NCBI RefSeq assembly: GCF_001194135.2
Contig: NC_068983.1
Span: forward strand, 68,243,841 to 68,307,840
Direction: 5' to 3'
Source: Octopus bimaculoides
Lineage: Eukaryota
DNA: 64,000 nt
The translations under genes and the position numbers were made by a program. Shown piece after piece: positions 22,288-35,078 of the stretch. Positions within the stretch are counted from its first letter, which is position 1. Each line of letters starts with the position of its first letter. The notes beneath the pieces are model-generated. The model was not told where the DNA came from. It saw only the letters and a list, made by a program, of their open reading frames with translations, and did not search any database.

Positions 22288-24904
22288 GTAGGTGTAATTG
22301 TATTTCACTGATATGTTATGGTAATTACTATGTAAATTACAATCGTGTTGTACCCTTGTTACAAAATAGATTTGTACCACGCCAAATATACGTCGGTCGA
22401 TAAATGATTTGAAGGTTTTATTTCTAAACTGCCAATTAATTAGTATTCGACACTAAAGAAATCTGTATAATATACCATTAATTTCTAGTTAAAGGTGAAT
22501 ATTTGTGTGACAAGAACCTCTTTTGTCATTGATATTTTGTTATGTATGGTAGCTAGTTATGTTTTTATCTAGCTTAGTTCTACTTTGTGCAAACCTCTAA
22601 TTGAAAACGTTCCCGACATGACCATTCCATTTTTTCGTGTTTTGTGTATGTTATAGTTTAGATCCTCTCTGTAAGACGATAAGGTGTGGTTTAAAGGATA
22701 TTTATCTGCTATTTTTAGCAGGTCTAGTGACATTGTAAAAGTCTTTTAACGAAGGATCTTTGGTACTACTTAAATAAAGAGGTCCCGATTATGTGGGCGT
22801 GTAATGACACCCTAACCAAAAAAAGACTAACCCTAAAAATAACCCTTACCCTAAAAACTACCCTAATCCTAAAACTAACCCTAACGAGTGTGCACTGTAA
22901 AAACATATCGTTACGTAGATGCATCGGGGCTTCTGTATTTAAGCAGTGCCGAGTCTTTTCTGTCCTTTCTAACCGTAAACTGGTTGATGTCTGAATATCT
23001 CAATCCTGTATCTGTATTATTGGTAGTGGGTATTTCTATCTATCTGGTTAGAAGTCTGAGTATAGCTAACTGTTCGACCATATGTATTCCTCACTAATTT
23101 ACTAGCATTGTATCTGTTGAACACCCACTCTTTTTTTTTAATTATGTAGACACAAAACAAAAAAGAAACTTAGTGGCTACTCTGTATTGATTAAAATGCC
23201 ATGATATGAATACCAATCATTGGATTATCTACATTGCACTTAAATATATTTACCGACGCGATCACCCCAGCAACTCCACCATGTATTTCGGATAATCATT
23301 GTGATTTCTCACATTGGCACGAGGCATCAAATCTGCAACAAGTTGAATAAGTAGTACTTTACAGATATTTATTTTATCGATTTGGAGAAGCGACAAAGTA
23401 AAGTACCTGTTCAGAAAAATAGGGAAACAAGATTGAATACTTCGAGATATAACCCAACGCTCTAAGAGTTCTTACAGTCACTCCCTTGCCTCCAATAATT
23501 CCAAAAGAAACGTAAATGCTCTGACAAGAACCGAAGCTTAAATTCAGTTACATAACTTTAAGTGGATGACAAACAAATCTTCCACTGAGTTGCTGGGCTA
23601 GTGTATTGCAGAGAAAGTAAGGCATGTATAGTTAGTATATTGTCTCAATAATCACTAAACTTCTATATCTAATTTGAACTCAAGACCAATGAACTAATAA
23701 GCTGACACTTTATCCACTGAGTCTTTATCCACTTTTTACAGTAAAAGTACTACTAACTATAACTGTTCCATTCCTAGTAACATGGTAGGATTTTACTCCA
23801 ACCCTACAAAATAAAATACAAAATAACACACAAGTTACTTATATTGTGTCCACTGCAGTCTGTGGATGCATAGTTATATTTAGGTAGATCTGGATAGCAA
23901 TAATCAAGTGTCTCTGTTTGGAACTGAACAAATATTTAAATCAAGATGATGCTATAAAATTACCATTCTCGGCATCAACATTATCATCAACAACACTGTG
24001 CAGTGTACAAATGTAAGGTGATTCCAAGTAACAAAATACCAAATCCATTTTAAAAACTGAGAGATAGTGGTAATGTCAAGATCATAAGAGCCTTGTTTCT
24101 GACAACCAGATCCAGAAAAGGGCTTGTTTGACAAACCCTGCTTAATATGGGCTTAATTCAGACAAGTTTGGCTGCATATCGAATGACCATATTTCATAAG
24201 GCTTTTCCACATTGTTATTTCTGGTGATTGTAACCAGATACTGTCCATATGGATTTGTTAGCTTATTGCTGTCCAGGCCTATCAGATGCACTTACCTCTT
24301 CTTTCATCACCTCTAGATGTCTCACTCCCCAAACCTGTACCACTCTTCTGAATAAGAAGAGTGGGTATAAGAGTAGAAGGAGTAATGATATGTGATATTG
24401 TAGATCTGATCAACTTATATTGCAGCAACACAAGAATATTGAAAGTCAAGCCTTTTATTGCTATATTTCTAATCTAATGAAATTCACTGCCTTGCATGTT
24501 TCAATTGATTTTTAAAATAATTAAGAATTTAGAGGGATTAGAACTAACTTTTTCATTATTGATATATTAAACTAGTGTTTAGCATGTAACTGAAAAGGGT
24601 TTTTTTCTGATTTGGAAATTTAATTTTAGTTGTCTCTATTTCTAAAGCTAGAAACCAATTATCCCAAACCTTCTGTGATAAGTGTTTAATCCAGGGAACA
24701 TTTACTTCCCATCCTGGAATTAAGTATCAGCTTAAGGGATGAATGTGGTTCATGAATAGATTGGATAACTGGTATTCTGTTTCATCTTGATTCATCATTG
24801 TCAATATATTTTTGGTGATTGTTTTTATTGCAGTGGTTCTTATTAAATGAAATCAAATTGAACTAGTTACACTTGACTCCAAGTGTTACTGAACATCATT
24901 GTAC

Positions 24905-24940
<36 letters not shown>

Positions 24941-24991
24941 GAATTGGCTTGGTGAGTTGGAGAAGTAAAGGATCTTTGATTTTCATTGTAG

Positions 24992-25099
24992 GTTACTCCA
25001 GTAAAAGATGTCACAATCTCAGAAAAGGCACAGACGACTCTTCTTTTGCAGAAACACAGTGACTTTATTGCAGCCTATGGCACAAAAAAAGATGATTAT
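24992..25099 (+). CDS. RABGGTB: RABGGTB exon 2
   Basis: [36 protein letters not shown]; ag/GTAAGT; 108 nt. Confidence 0.95.
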
Positions 25100-26129
25100 G
25101 TAAGTTCAGAAGTCAATACAATTTATCAAATTATAACCAAAGTTAGCTTTCTAATATAAAATCACTACTGAAAGTCAAATTAACAACATTCTATTTAGAT
25201 TTTCATATAACTTTGTAATGTACTGGTGTCACATAAAAACACCTATGCTGGTGTCACCACATAAAACACACTCATGTTGGTGTCACATTTAAAGCACCTG
25301 TGCTGATGCTATGTATAAAGCACTGGTATTGGTACCATGTAAAAAGCACCCAGTACACTCCGTAAAGTAGTTGGCATTAGGAAGGGTATCCAACCATAGA
25401 AACCATGACAAAATAGACAATTGGAGCCAGATGTAGTTCTTTGGCTTGCCAGCTCTTGTCAAACCGTCCAACCCATACCAGCATGGAAAACTAACATTAA
25501 ATAATAATGATGATGATTTTTGGAAATTTGTACATCACAAAGATAATGTGCAGCTTTAAATGGAAATATGTCTGATGCATATATACTTGTATTCTATATG
25601 TATGTGTATAGTATTGTGTCATTGGACATGCAGTAAGACCACTGGGAAATCCCTCCCAGTGGTCTTACTGTATGTACTAATCAAAATTCCCACCTAGAAG
25701 ATTGATAATTCCAGTTCAAATTCTCACTGTCTTACATATATAACATTCTGTACTTCCATTTGATCATTGATGCTTGGTTACTAAGTACACTCTTGTTGAG
25801 TTACTAATAGATATTTTCATAAATAGTCGAAATCTAGTATTTGTGATTAAAGATTGAAAATCAAAGTGTTTTGAAATTTCAAAAAATGTTACCATAGAAA
25901 TATAAGCATTATTACTCTTGTCATGTCTGATGGCAAACCTCAGTACAGATAATGTTTTCTCATTTTTATTCTCATTAATACATTTTCATCTTTGATTGAT
26001 GCTGTTTAGTCATGAAGTTCATCTGAAAATTGAATTAACTGCAAAGCTCTGAGTAATGGCTCATAACTCAGCTGTTAAATTAACCTCACTCTACTACTTG
26101 TATTGAGTACTTATCTATTCATTACCTCT

Positions 26130-26660
26130 AATGTATGTGGAATTTCAACCATGTTTCATGGTCTGCTACCACAACACCTCCTTTATAGGATCCAGTTAGC
26201 TCAAGACATCATCAGGAGGAACCACGTCCGGTTTCGGCCCCTACTCCTCTACTGTTTTGACGTGGCAGCCCCCCCCCCCTTTCGGAGGTGTCTTCAGCTC
26301 TAGTGTTGAGTGCATGTCTTCTTTCTTCTATTCCCTGGCCTCTTCGATGCAGCATCAACGAGTGTCAGCGGCCAACTGACTGTCTTGTCAAATTTCCTTC
26401 TAAATACCTGCTGCTAGGCTCCAGTGGGCAGCCTCAGCAAGTTGTCACGTGACACTGTCTAAACTTTAACTGACGAATGGGGGGCACGTAGTCTTACCCG
26501 CTGCTAGGCTCCAGCAGGCAGCCCCAGCAAGTTGTCACGTGACATTGTCTAAACTTTAACTGACCAATGGAGGGCGCGTAATCTTAGCCGTCACCTGTCA
26601 ATCAGCGAAGCCACTTCAGTGTCAGCCTGTCTCACCTAATGATGTTATTTTCCTGCCGGC
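26130..26660 (-). mobile_element. GC-rich intronic insertion resembling a solo Penelope-type pseudo-LTR
   Basis: A 90-bp tandem duplication with GTCACGTGAC and CCAAT, followed on the minus strand by a TATA-like TATTTA and CTGAAGA..GAAACCGG / CTGATGA..GAAACATG motifs. Confidence 0.45.
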
Positions 26661-26792
26661 ATGTTATGACTTTCAAGCCATTTTTGATCTTCCCGCTTAT
26701 ACAATTTGTAGATTCTTTAGTTTGACATCCAAAGAAAGTACGAAAAAAAATTGTTGATTATTTTTATACCTCTCTATGGTTTACAATTTCAG

Positions 26793-26990
26793 GAATATTG
26801 TATCACAGAGTATCTCCGAATGAGTGGCATATACTGGGGATTGACTGCTCTTTCATTGATGGATAAACTTGACAAAGTTGATCGAGATGAGGTGTTAGAA
26901 TTTGTCAAAAAGTGTCAGCATGAAAATGGAGGCTTTTCTGCAAGCATTGGTCACGACCCTCACCTGCTTTACACATTGAGTGCTGTACAG
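26793..26990 (+). CDS. RABGGTB: RABGGTB exon 3
   Basis: [23 protein letters not shown]...[14 protein letters not shown]; 198 nt; canonical splice sites. Confidence 0.97.
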
Positions 26991-27131
26991 GTACTGTTGC
27001 ATAAAGCAATGTGTAAACACACATTGCTTTTTATTCTAGATAATAATTGTATGTTATATTGTTTATTAATACATTGAATGATATGTAAGCTGTTAGATGT
27101 ATGTAGTTTATATACTGTGTACTGTATCAAT

Positions 27132-27521
27132 GTGGAGGCGCAATGGCCCAGTGGTTAGGGCAGCGGACTTGTGGTTATAGGATCACGGTTTCGATTCTCA
27201 GACCGGGCGTTGTGAGTGTTTATTGAGCGAAAACACATAAAGCTCCACGAGGCTCCGGCAGGGGATGGTGGCGAACCCTGCTGTACTATTTCACCACAAC
27301 TTTCTCTCACTCTTACTTCCTGTTTCTGTTGTGCCTGTAATTCAAAGGGTCAACCTTGTCACACACTGTGTCACGCTGAATATCCCTGAGAACTACGTTA
27401 AGGGTACACGTGTCTGTGGAGTGCTCAGCCACTTGCACGTTAATTTCACGAGCAGGCTGTTCCGTTGATCGGATCAACTGGAACCCTCGACGTCGTAAGC
27501 GATAGAGTGCCAACAACAACA
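27132..27521 (+). mobile_element. tRNA-derived SINE family C with 38-bp TSD
   Basis: Head GGAGGCGCAATGGCCCAGTGGTTAGG..GGTTTCGATTC, (CAA)n tail; identical 38-mers at 27094-27131 and 27522-27559. Confidence 0.9.
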
Positions 27522-27707
27522 TAGATGTATGTAGTTTATATACTGTGTACTGTATCAATAGTATCATGGGTAGTTTGCTCACCAAGTGTCATGTGAATTG
27601 TTCAATATTGCAGGTTTTGTTCTATTAAACTTAAACTACTACATGATATGGAGAAAGTGTAGTATGTAAAGTTAATGTATATTCAATGCGTAGAGAATAT
27701 GGTGTGG

Positions 27708-27955
27708 TTTACACATCACATAATGTGTAGATAGTCTGGTGTATGGTTTACACACAATATAATATAGATAGATAGTAGTTTACACACCAGGTAATGTGTA
27801 AATAGTTTAGTCACACACTACATGATGTATAGATAGACTGATGTATGATTTATATACACCACATAATGTGTAGATAGTTCAGTGTTTACACACAATTTAC
27901 AGATAGTATGATGTATAGTTTACATACAACATAATGTATAGATAATGTGGTGCAT
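27708..27955. repeat. Degenerate ~35-45-bp minisatellite (TTTACAC..CATAATGTGTAGATAG)
   Basis: About 6 diverged units are visible. Confidence 0.6.
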
Positions 27956-28777
27956 AAAGTCATGTTTAATTTCTGTTCAAACTCTTCACAATTACATTGC
28001 TGTTGTATTTCGCTATAGGAAAACAAATCCTCCTTTAAGACAAATGTGTGTTCATAATATACTTGATTCATTAGTATAGGGAACTTCAGGACACTCACTG
28101 TTTCAACATGGTTGTGTTTTAGCCACAGCCACCCTGGAATTATGAACCTAACAACAGATCATGGCTCTTGTTTATAGTTTCAGCTCACAAATTATTTGAT
28201 GATGTATTCTGATATCTGTCAACCTTATGTGCTGATATCAAAATGATGACTTATATATTCATTCTTAATACGTTCCAGCAGATTTAAATGTGAATATGTT
28301 AATTGCTGTTGTGTTTCGTCAAAGGAGAACAACTTGCCCTTTAAAACAAATGTGTATTCATAACATTCACTGTTCATTGTGCATATGACAATTATCAGTT
28401 GGCAAATATCATCAAATAAGTATCAAATCTTTGATGCTTTTACATTTTATCACATTTCCCTTTCTGAAAGTCTTAAGTCAAGTAATGTCAGATCACTAAC
28501 CATAAAGTATATGGACCTTTGGTCCAGATCTCAGTCATTTAGGTTAAGAGATGAGGAAGACATTTTATAATTGACTAATGTTTCATTAGCTAGCAATGCT
28601 GAATTCAAATAATCCTCCTATAAAATTGCACGGGAATAAGACAAGGAATTACTCATTTGTCAACACTATGTGAAGATTAAGTATTGTGTTGTGTCTAAAC
28701 ATTGTTACTACTATAGTTATATTTTATCAGTGTATGTCTGTGTCATTAGCTACATTTGTTTTGCTTTTCCTTTGCAG

Positions 28778-28883
28778 ATCCTTACACTTTATGGTACCAC
28801 AGACACAGTGAAAACTGCTAAAATTGTAGAGTATGTGAAAGGTTTGCAACAGGAAGATGGCAGCTTTATTGGAGACAAATGGG
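28778..28883 (+). CDS. RABGGTB: RABGGTB exon 4
   Basis: ILTLYGTTDTVKTAKIVEYVKGLQQEDGSFIGDKWG; 106 nt; ag/GTGAGT. Confidence 0.97.
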
Positions 28884-29284
28884 GTGAGTAGTTCAATATT
28901 TCTGGATAAGCATAAGGCAATGAGCTGGCAGAATTGTGAACACATTGAGCAAAATTTATGTTCTAAGTTCAAATTCTGTCAAGGTTGACTTTGCATTTCA
29001 TCCTTTTGGGGTCAATAAAATAAGTACAAATCAAGCACTGGGGTCAATATAAAAGACTTACCCCTTCCCCCAAACTTGCTGGCCTTGTGTCAAAATTTGA
29101 AACCAGTTTTTCTGGATTAGCATAACCAGTAGAGCACAAGTATTTAATTACAGCCCTTTATGTTCTGATTTCAATTCTCACCAAACTCAAATTTACTTTC
29201 CATTGTCATCAAACGCAAATTTACTTTGCATCCTTAAGAATGGATAAAATACCAGTCAACTATTATGTTATTATAATTAACGAG

Positions 29285-29518
29285 CGTGGCTGTTGCCAGT
29301 ATCACCTGACTGGCCTTCGTGCGGCTGGTGGCACATAAAAGCACCCACTACACTCTCAGAGTGGTTGGCGTTAGGAAAGGTATCCAGCTGTAGAAACTCT
29401 GCCAAATCAGATTGGAGCCTGGTGTAGCCATCTGCTTCACCAGTCCTCAGTCAAATCGTCCAACCCATGCTAGCATGGAGGGCAGACGTTAAACGATGAT
29501 GATGATGATGACGATGAT
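29285..29518 (+). mobile_element. 3' end of RTE LINE
   Basis: Shared 3'UTR with (GAT)n tail. Confidence 0.85.
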
Positions 29519-30048
29519 TATCCATGCACAGAAATCAGTAATCATTACCTTCTGCTGCTGCTCCTGCACTTCTTCCTCGCTGTTATTATTAAACAGATAG
29601 GCTACACCATGAGTTTTGTCTTTGGTTTCCTGTTTGCAGCATTCTGCTATGCCTGTAGCAAGAGCACTTAACTTTTGAAAGATTAGCTGTAAATAGGGTA
29701 CGGCATGGTCAGAAAAATTCGCCTCTCTAAGCAACAGCAGTATAAAATTAAAAAATGGTTTATGAACATGCAGTAATGGATTTAAGAATTCCTTTGTGTA
29801 TAACATGACTTGGAAAAAGATGGGCTCTGCCAGATTGATATTACTCTGTGTGTGTATAAATTAATGAAATATATGTTTGGGCCAAGGCTGAATAAAGAGA
29901 TCGAGCACCTTTGATTATAGGTAAACTTAAAATCAGTGTTAAACAGTAATAACAATTACTGGAACTCATTAAATTAATAGTACTTAATGTGCATAAAAAA
30001 TAGGAATTGTCTGATATATAAAAAAGGAATTTGTGTGTATGTGTTTTT

Positions 30049-30081
<33 letters not shown>

Positions 30082-30083
30082 CG

Positions 30084-30114
<31 letters not shown>

Positions 30115-30169
30115 GGTGAATGCCATGAATGCAGAAGTCATGTGAAGGAAAAAAAATGAAGCTAGCAAG

Positions 30170-30460
30170 CTCCATTAGATCTGCAACATACGTGAGCATG
30201 TATGACAAAATGCAAATGGTTTGAGGGGAAAACTGAGTATAAGGGTTATCAGACGTAGTATGCAAGAGAGAAAACTGTACTGGTGTGGTCATGTGATGCA
30301 TATGGATGAGGACAGATGCATAAAGTGCTGCTTGTTAAATATGGATGGAACCTGTGGAAGACGGAGACCCAGGAAGATATAGGAGGAATTAAGTGAAGAT
30401 CAACCTCAGGATGTTGAGCCTCACAGAGATGACAAAGGACCAAGTTGATTTGCAATCTGA
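30170..30460 (+). mobile_element. Degenerate RTE LINE ORF C-terminal relic
   Basis: Resembles the 18.5-18.8 kb RTE segment (LxWCGHV..MDEDRC..G.RPRK). Confidence 0.6.
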
Positions 30461-30916
30461 GACTTGTTGCATGCAGTACTCTTCTCTCTTCTCTTTTTCC
30501 TTCTCCTTCCCTCTCTCTGCCTTGCTCTGTGTCTCATTCTGTCTCTGCCTCTCTCTCTCTCTCTCTCTCACATGCACACACACACTCACACACACACACA
30601 CAGAGTAAGTAGTTATTCATTGATGTACTAAATAGTAAAATTCTTAATTCTAACTCTAGACCATATTACTGTGTAACATCTGCTTACAGTTTGGAGGACT
30701 TATATACTGGCTGCTGATGCAGTGGTTAATGACTTATCAAATATAAGCTACCAGCTTCTCAATATGGCTACTTGTGTTCTCCCTCCCCTTTATTTTACCA
30801 GAAACCAAAATAGTTATGGGATCATCTAATTTATCAAGAATATGATGTGATATCCAACACTTGCCATGTATGATAATAAACTCACTATTTTTTTTTTAAT
30901 TTTTGTCTTTTTCTAG

Positions 30917-30969
30917 GTGAAGTAGACTCTCGATTTTGTTTCTGTGCTGTTGCTACATTAAAGTTGTTG
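30917..30969 (+). CDS. RABGGTB: RABGGTB exon 5
   Basis: (G)EVDSRFCFCAVATLKLL; 53 nt; phase 1 to 0. Confidence 0.96.
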
Positions 30970-31510
30970 GTAAGTTTCCTCACCACATAACATTAGTTCT
31001 ATTTTTCTCTCTGTGTTGTTGGTACATGAAAACTGTTAATATGCTTCTCAATAATGCTGTTGTCATTCTGCACTCTCTGTGATACCTGAGATTCTGCATG
31101 GATTTGCTCTTGGTCCCATGCTGTTTGTTGTTAAAATACACAGACAATATTAAGCTTTACTTTTAAATAAAAAGAATGGTTCCTGTACACTACAGATCTT
31201 TTCCTCAAACTATAGATGCACAAAAGATGCAGTAGGATTGCTAGCAGGCTAACACAGATATGTAGCAGATACACAAAGAGTAGTTAGAAACAAGAACACC
31301 CATGAAATAAGTTCTTTCAAATGCCACAGAAAGTTTCTGTTGCTTAACCAGGGGATTTAACCCTTTAGCATTTAAACTGGTCATATCTGGCCAAAATATG
31401 ACCCAATAGTGTCATTCCAAAACTAAACAATCACATAATCAAAATCTCAAAGCTCTGAAATAATGGATGATTAATTCAAAACAATGAAAATAAATTAGTA
31501 TTACATTTGA

Positions 31511-31790
31511 CCGTTGCCAGTGCCCATGGACTGGCTCTTGTGCGGGTGGCATGTAAAATACACCATTTTGAGTGTGGCCGTTGCCAGTACCACCTGACTG
31601 GCCTTCATGCCGGTGGCACGTAAAAGCACCCACTACACTCTCAGAGTGGTTGGCGTTAGGAAGGGCATCCAGCTGTAGAAACTCTGCCAAATCAGATTGG
31701 AGCCTGATGTAGCCATCTGGTTTCACCAGTCCTCAGTCAAATCGTCGAACCCATGCTAGCCTGGAAGGCGGACGTTAAACGATGATGATG
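31511..31790 (+). mobile_element. 3' end of RTE LINE
   Basis: Shared 3'UTR with (GAT)n tail. Confidence 0.85.
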
Positions 31791-33020
31791 ATTGACAGAA
31801 TATTGTGAATGCTAACGAGTTTATCAGCTGTGTTTTGAATGCTTAATATTCAAAGTAAGAACTGAGAGGAGAAACTTCAAGGAACTATTACTTCTGCTGG
31901 AAACAAAGAGATTCTCTCTAGAGTGAAAGAGGTATTGTATGAGGCTTGTGTATAGAGTGTGATATAACATGGGATCAGAATATAGGTATTGATTGTGGAG
32001 GATAAGTGAAAACAAGCATACTTTGCATTATGAAGTGTAATGTTAGTACGCATGAATAATAGAGGACATATGACCTGAGGAAAGAAAAACCTTGATTTAA
32101 AAGGAATCAGATGTAGTGTGCAAGAGCAAAGACTGAATTGGTATGAACATGTGCTATGTATGGAGGATGACATTGAATAAAGAAGGACTAAATGAATCAA
32201 GTGGGAAGAACTCATAGAAAAAGAAAACTAAGACATTGGAAGAAGTGGTAGTATCTCCACTTAAATATGGATGTTCTGTTAGAACAAACTATACTGCTGT
32301 AGATACTATGGTGGAAACTCTAATATTGGCTATTGATGCAAAAGGCACTCTTGTTTATATTGCTAGCAGGGAGATAAATTACTGCCATCTCCAATACCAA
32401 AACCCCCAGATCACATGATTTTGACCACCCTTAGTCTTGTCAATGATAGATGCTTGACCACTAGAGATAGCAGCGACTCATCTCCCCACCAGCAATATAT
32501 AGAAAACCAGTGCCAGAATAGGCACTAGTGTCGCAATTAGCCTAATACTGCCTCTGTTGCTAATATATATTGGAAGAAGTGGTGATGCTGTTCTCACGAG
32601 GCTGAACTTCACAAAGAAAATAATGAGAAACTACAAGTGATGAGATGTTTTCCCAGAGAAGCCCCTTCAACTCATGCAAGTATGGAAAAAAAAATGCAGA
32701 CATTATATAATGGTGATAATGATAGATGGCAGAATCAGTGAAGTATTCAACAAAAATACTCTGCAGTGTTTAGTTACATTCCTTTACGTTTTGAATTGAT
32801 ATTCCAGGATAGTAGGCTTTGTTTTCATCCTTCTGAATATTGCATTACATCTTACTTCACGTCTACTCTTTTTAACCTCACATCTCATATCACCTATATC
32901 ACAATCAACCTTATAAATCTCATCTCTTACTTTATATTGCCACTACATCACTTCTTCTCATCTTGTAATAACTTTACCTCACACAGACCAACTTTTTGTT
33001 TCACTTTCCTTCTTCCAAAG

Positions 33021-33131
33021 GGCAAGCTAGATGCAATTGATGTAGACAAAACAATCCAGTTTGTCCTCAGCTGTATGAACTTTGATGGGGGGTTTGGCAG
33101 CCGTCCTGATAGTGAGTCACATTCTGGACAG
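33021..33131 (+). CDS. RABGGTB: RABGGTB exon 6
   Basis: [37 protein letters not shown]; 111 nt. Confidence 0.97.
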
Positions 33132-33709
33132 GTAGGTACAATATCTTTATTGTTATTGTCAACATTATCTTCAACACAGCATGTCTTTCATTACACAAAA
33201 AAAATAAAACATGTGAATTCATAAGCTGCACCTCAAAGTTTACAAGATAATTTTTTTGAATTTTAGAAAAATAATTTTCTACAATTTAACTAAAATTTTA
33301 CCAAAATAAATAGAAAAAAAGCATTTTTATTCGACTTTTTTTCCTTCTCTATTGGAATGCAATTTAGCTTCCATCATTGATTGTGCAAGATTTCACATGG
33401 TTGTCATTATCACATGATCAAGTTTCATGTAAAAGAAACAATAAATTTGAAAGTCCTTTATTAGCTGTGCAACTGTTAAATTACTGAAATTTATGACATC
33501 TTATGAAAGTTTTATCAAATTTATTAATGAGAACCAATTTTACCAAAACAAAAAAAAAGTGTGATTAACTTCAGTCTCCTCACTCACACTACATGTATAT
33601 ATATACCATATATACACAGCATAATATTTCCAGACTGCTATGCTACACCTTACACAATATACCTAGGTTTCCACATCACACTAGGACATAATCTACATTG
33701 AATCCTGTA

Positions 33710-33926
33710 CAAGGGGGTGCTGAAATGTTCCTGGCTTTAAGGGTATCATGAAAGGCCTAGCTGGAGGCCCAACCTTCTGAGTTCTTCTACAGGGCTTAGA
33801 AAAACTGAAGGACCACTGCAATAAGTGTGTGAATCTGAGAGGGGAATATGTTGAATAAAATCATAATTAACTGATCCTCCTGTATTTTCTTTTACTCGCA
33901 GCCAGGAGCTTTTTAGCACCTGCTCA
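33710..33926 (+). mobile_element. Mariner-derived non-autonomous element
   Basis: TA-flanked imperfect TIRs (CAAGGGGGTGCTGAAATGTTCCTGGCT / AGCCAGGAGCTTTTTAGCACCTGCTCA); the core encodes a mariner-like C-terminus GLEKLKDHCNKCVNLRGEYVE*. Confidence 0.75.
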
Positions 33927-34338
33927 TATTAAACTCTACTCAATCTAACTTTACTGCTACCCTTTATCTCACATAAAGGGTAACAGTACAAAGTGTAGAG
34001 TAAAGCATCTCCCGTCTCCCATGCTGTACTCTACACACCCTACCCACTCTACCATGTGATATGCTAACACCATACACACACTGTCATACAGAATATATCC
34101 ACAGTGCAGCACTATATCTTACACAACATACTCTGACCACCACACTACACTCTACCCCAGACAACATACCTAAACGACTACACCTCACCTTATACAGTGT
34201 ATGAAATGTCACAGATACATCATACACTCAACTTACACACATTACACACACATATATTCACTCACATATTACCCACTTTACACATGCAAAACACACACAC
34301 AGAGTTGTAACTATTGATATGTTATATCTTCATTGCAG

Positions 34339-34450
34339 ATTTACTGCTGTGTTGGGTTATTGGCTATCACAGGTAAACTACACCATGTCAATGCTGATAT
34401 TTTAGGCTGGTGGTTGTGTGAGAGACAGTTACCTTCTGGTGGACTGAATG
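34339..34450 (+). CDS. RABGGTB: RABGGTB exon 7
   Basis: [37 protein letters not shown](G); 112 nt. Confidence 0.97.
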
Positions 34451-34958
34451 GTAAGTATTAATCCTGCCACCACAATTTGTTAACTGTTACACAAGCCAAT
34501 GAGAGAGTGTCTATGTTACTTCAAAAATAATCCTTCAAATCATTTCCTGCCATCTTAAATAAGGAAAGGAAATACTGGATAATATAGTCCTACATATCCT
34601 AAAAATAAATGGGTATGTTTACAGCTGGGTATGTTCAATTAGGGTTTATGTACAGTTAAACAATAACTGTTAATACTAACAATGAGAACAAAATAAATCC
34701 CAGTACTTATTTGATTAAACTTGAAAGGGTAAAAGGCAAATTAGATGTATTTCTTTACTTTTATAATACATCATAGTAATAATCGTATTTTGACATTAGT
34801 TACACATTAAACAATATAAGAATGATAAAAGTAGCATTGACTCTTTCTTGACAGGAATATGTAGTGATATCAAATCTACAAGATTATAGAAGAAAATATT
34901 AAACTGAATATCACATGCACCATAATGAATTTGTAAAATTCCATCCATAACAACCTAA

Positions 34959-35078
<120 letters not shown>

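Noticed and set aside
23950-24330. Minus-strand exon-like patches (donors GTAAGT at ~24295 and GTAATT at ~23965) in RABGGTB intron 1
   Set aside because: Frames close quickly, no homology was recognised and no consistent exon chain was found.
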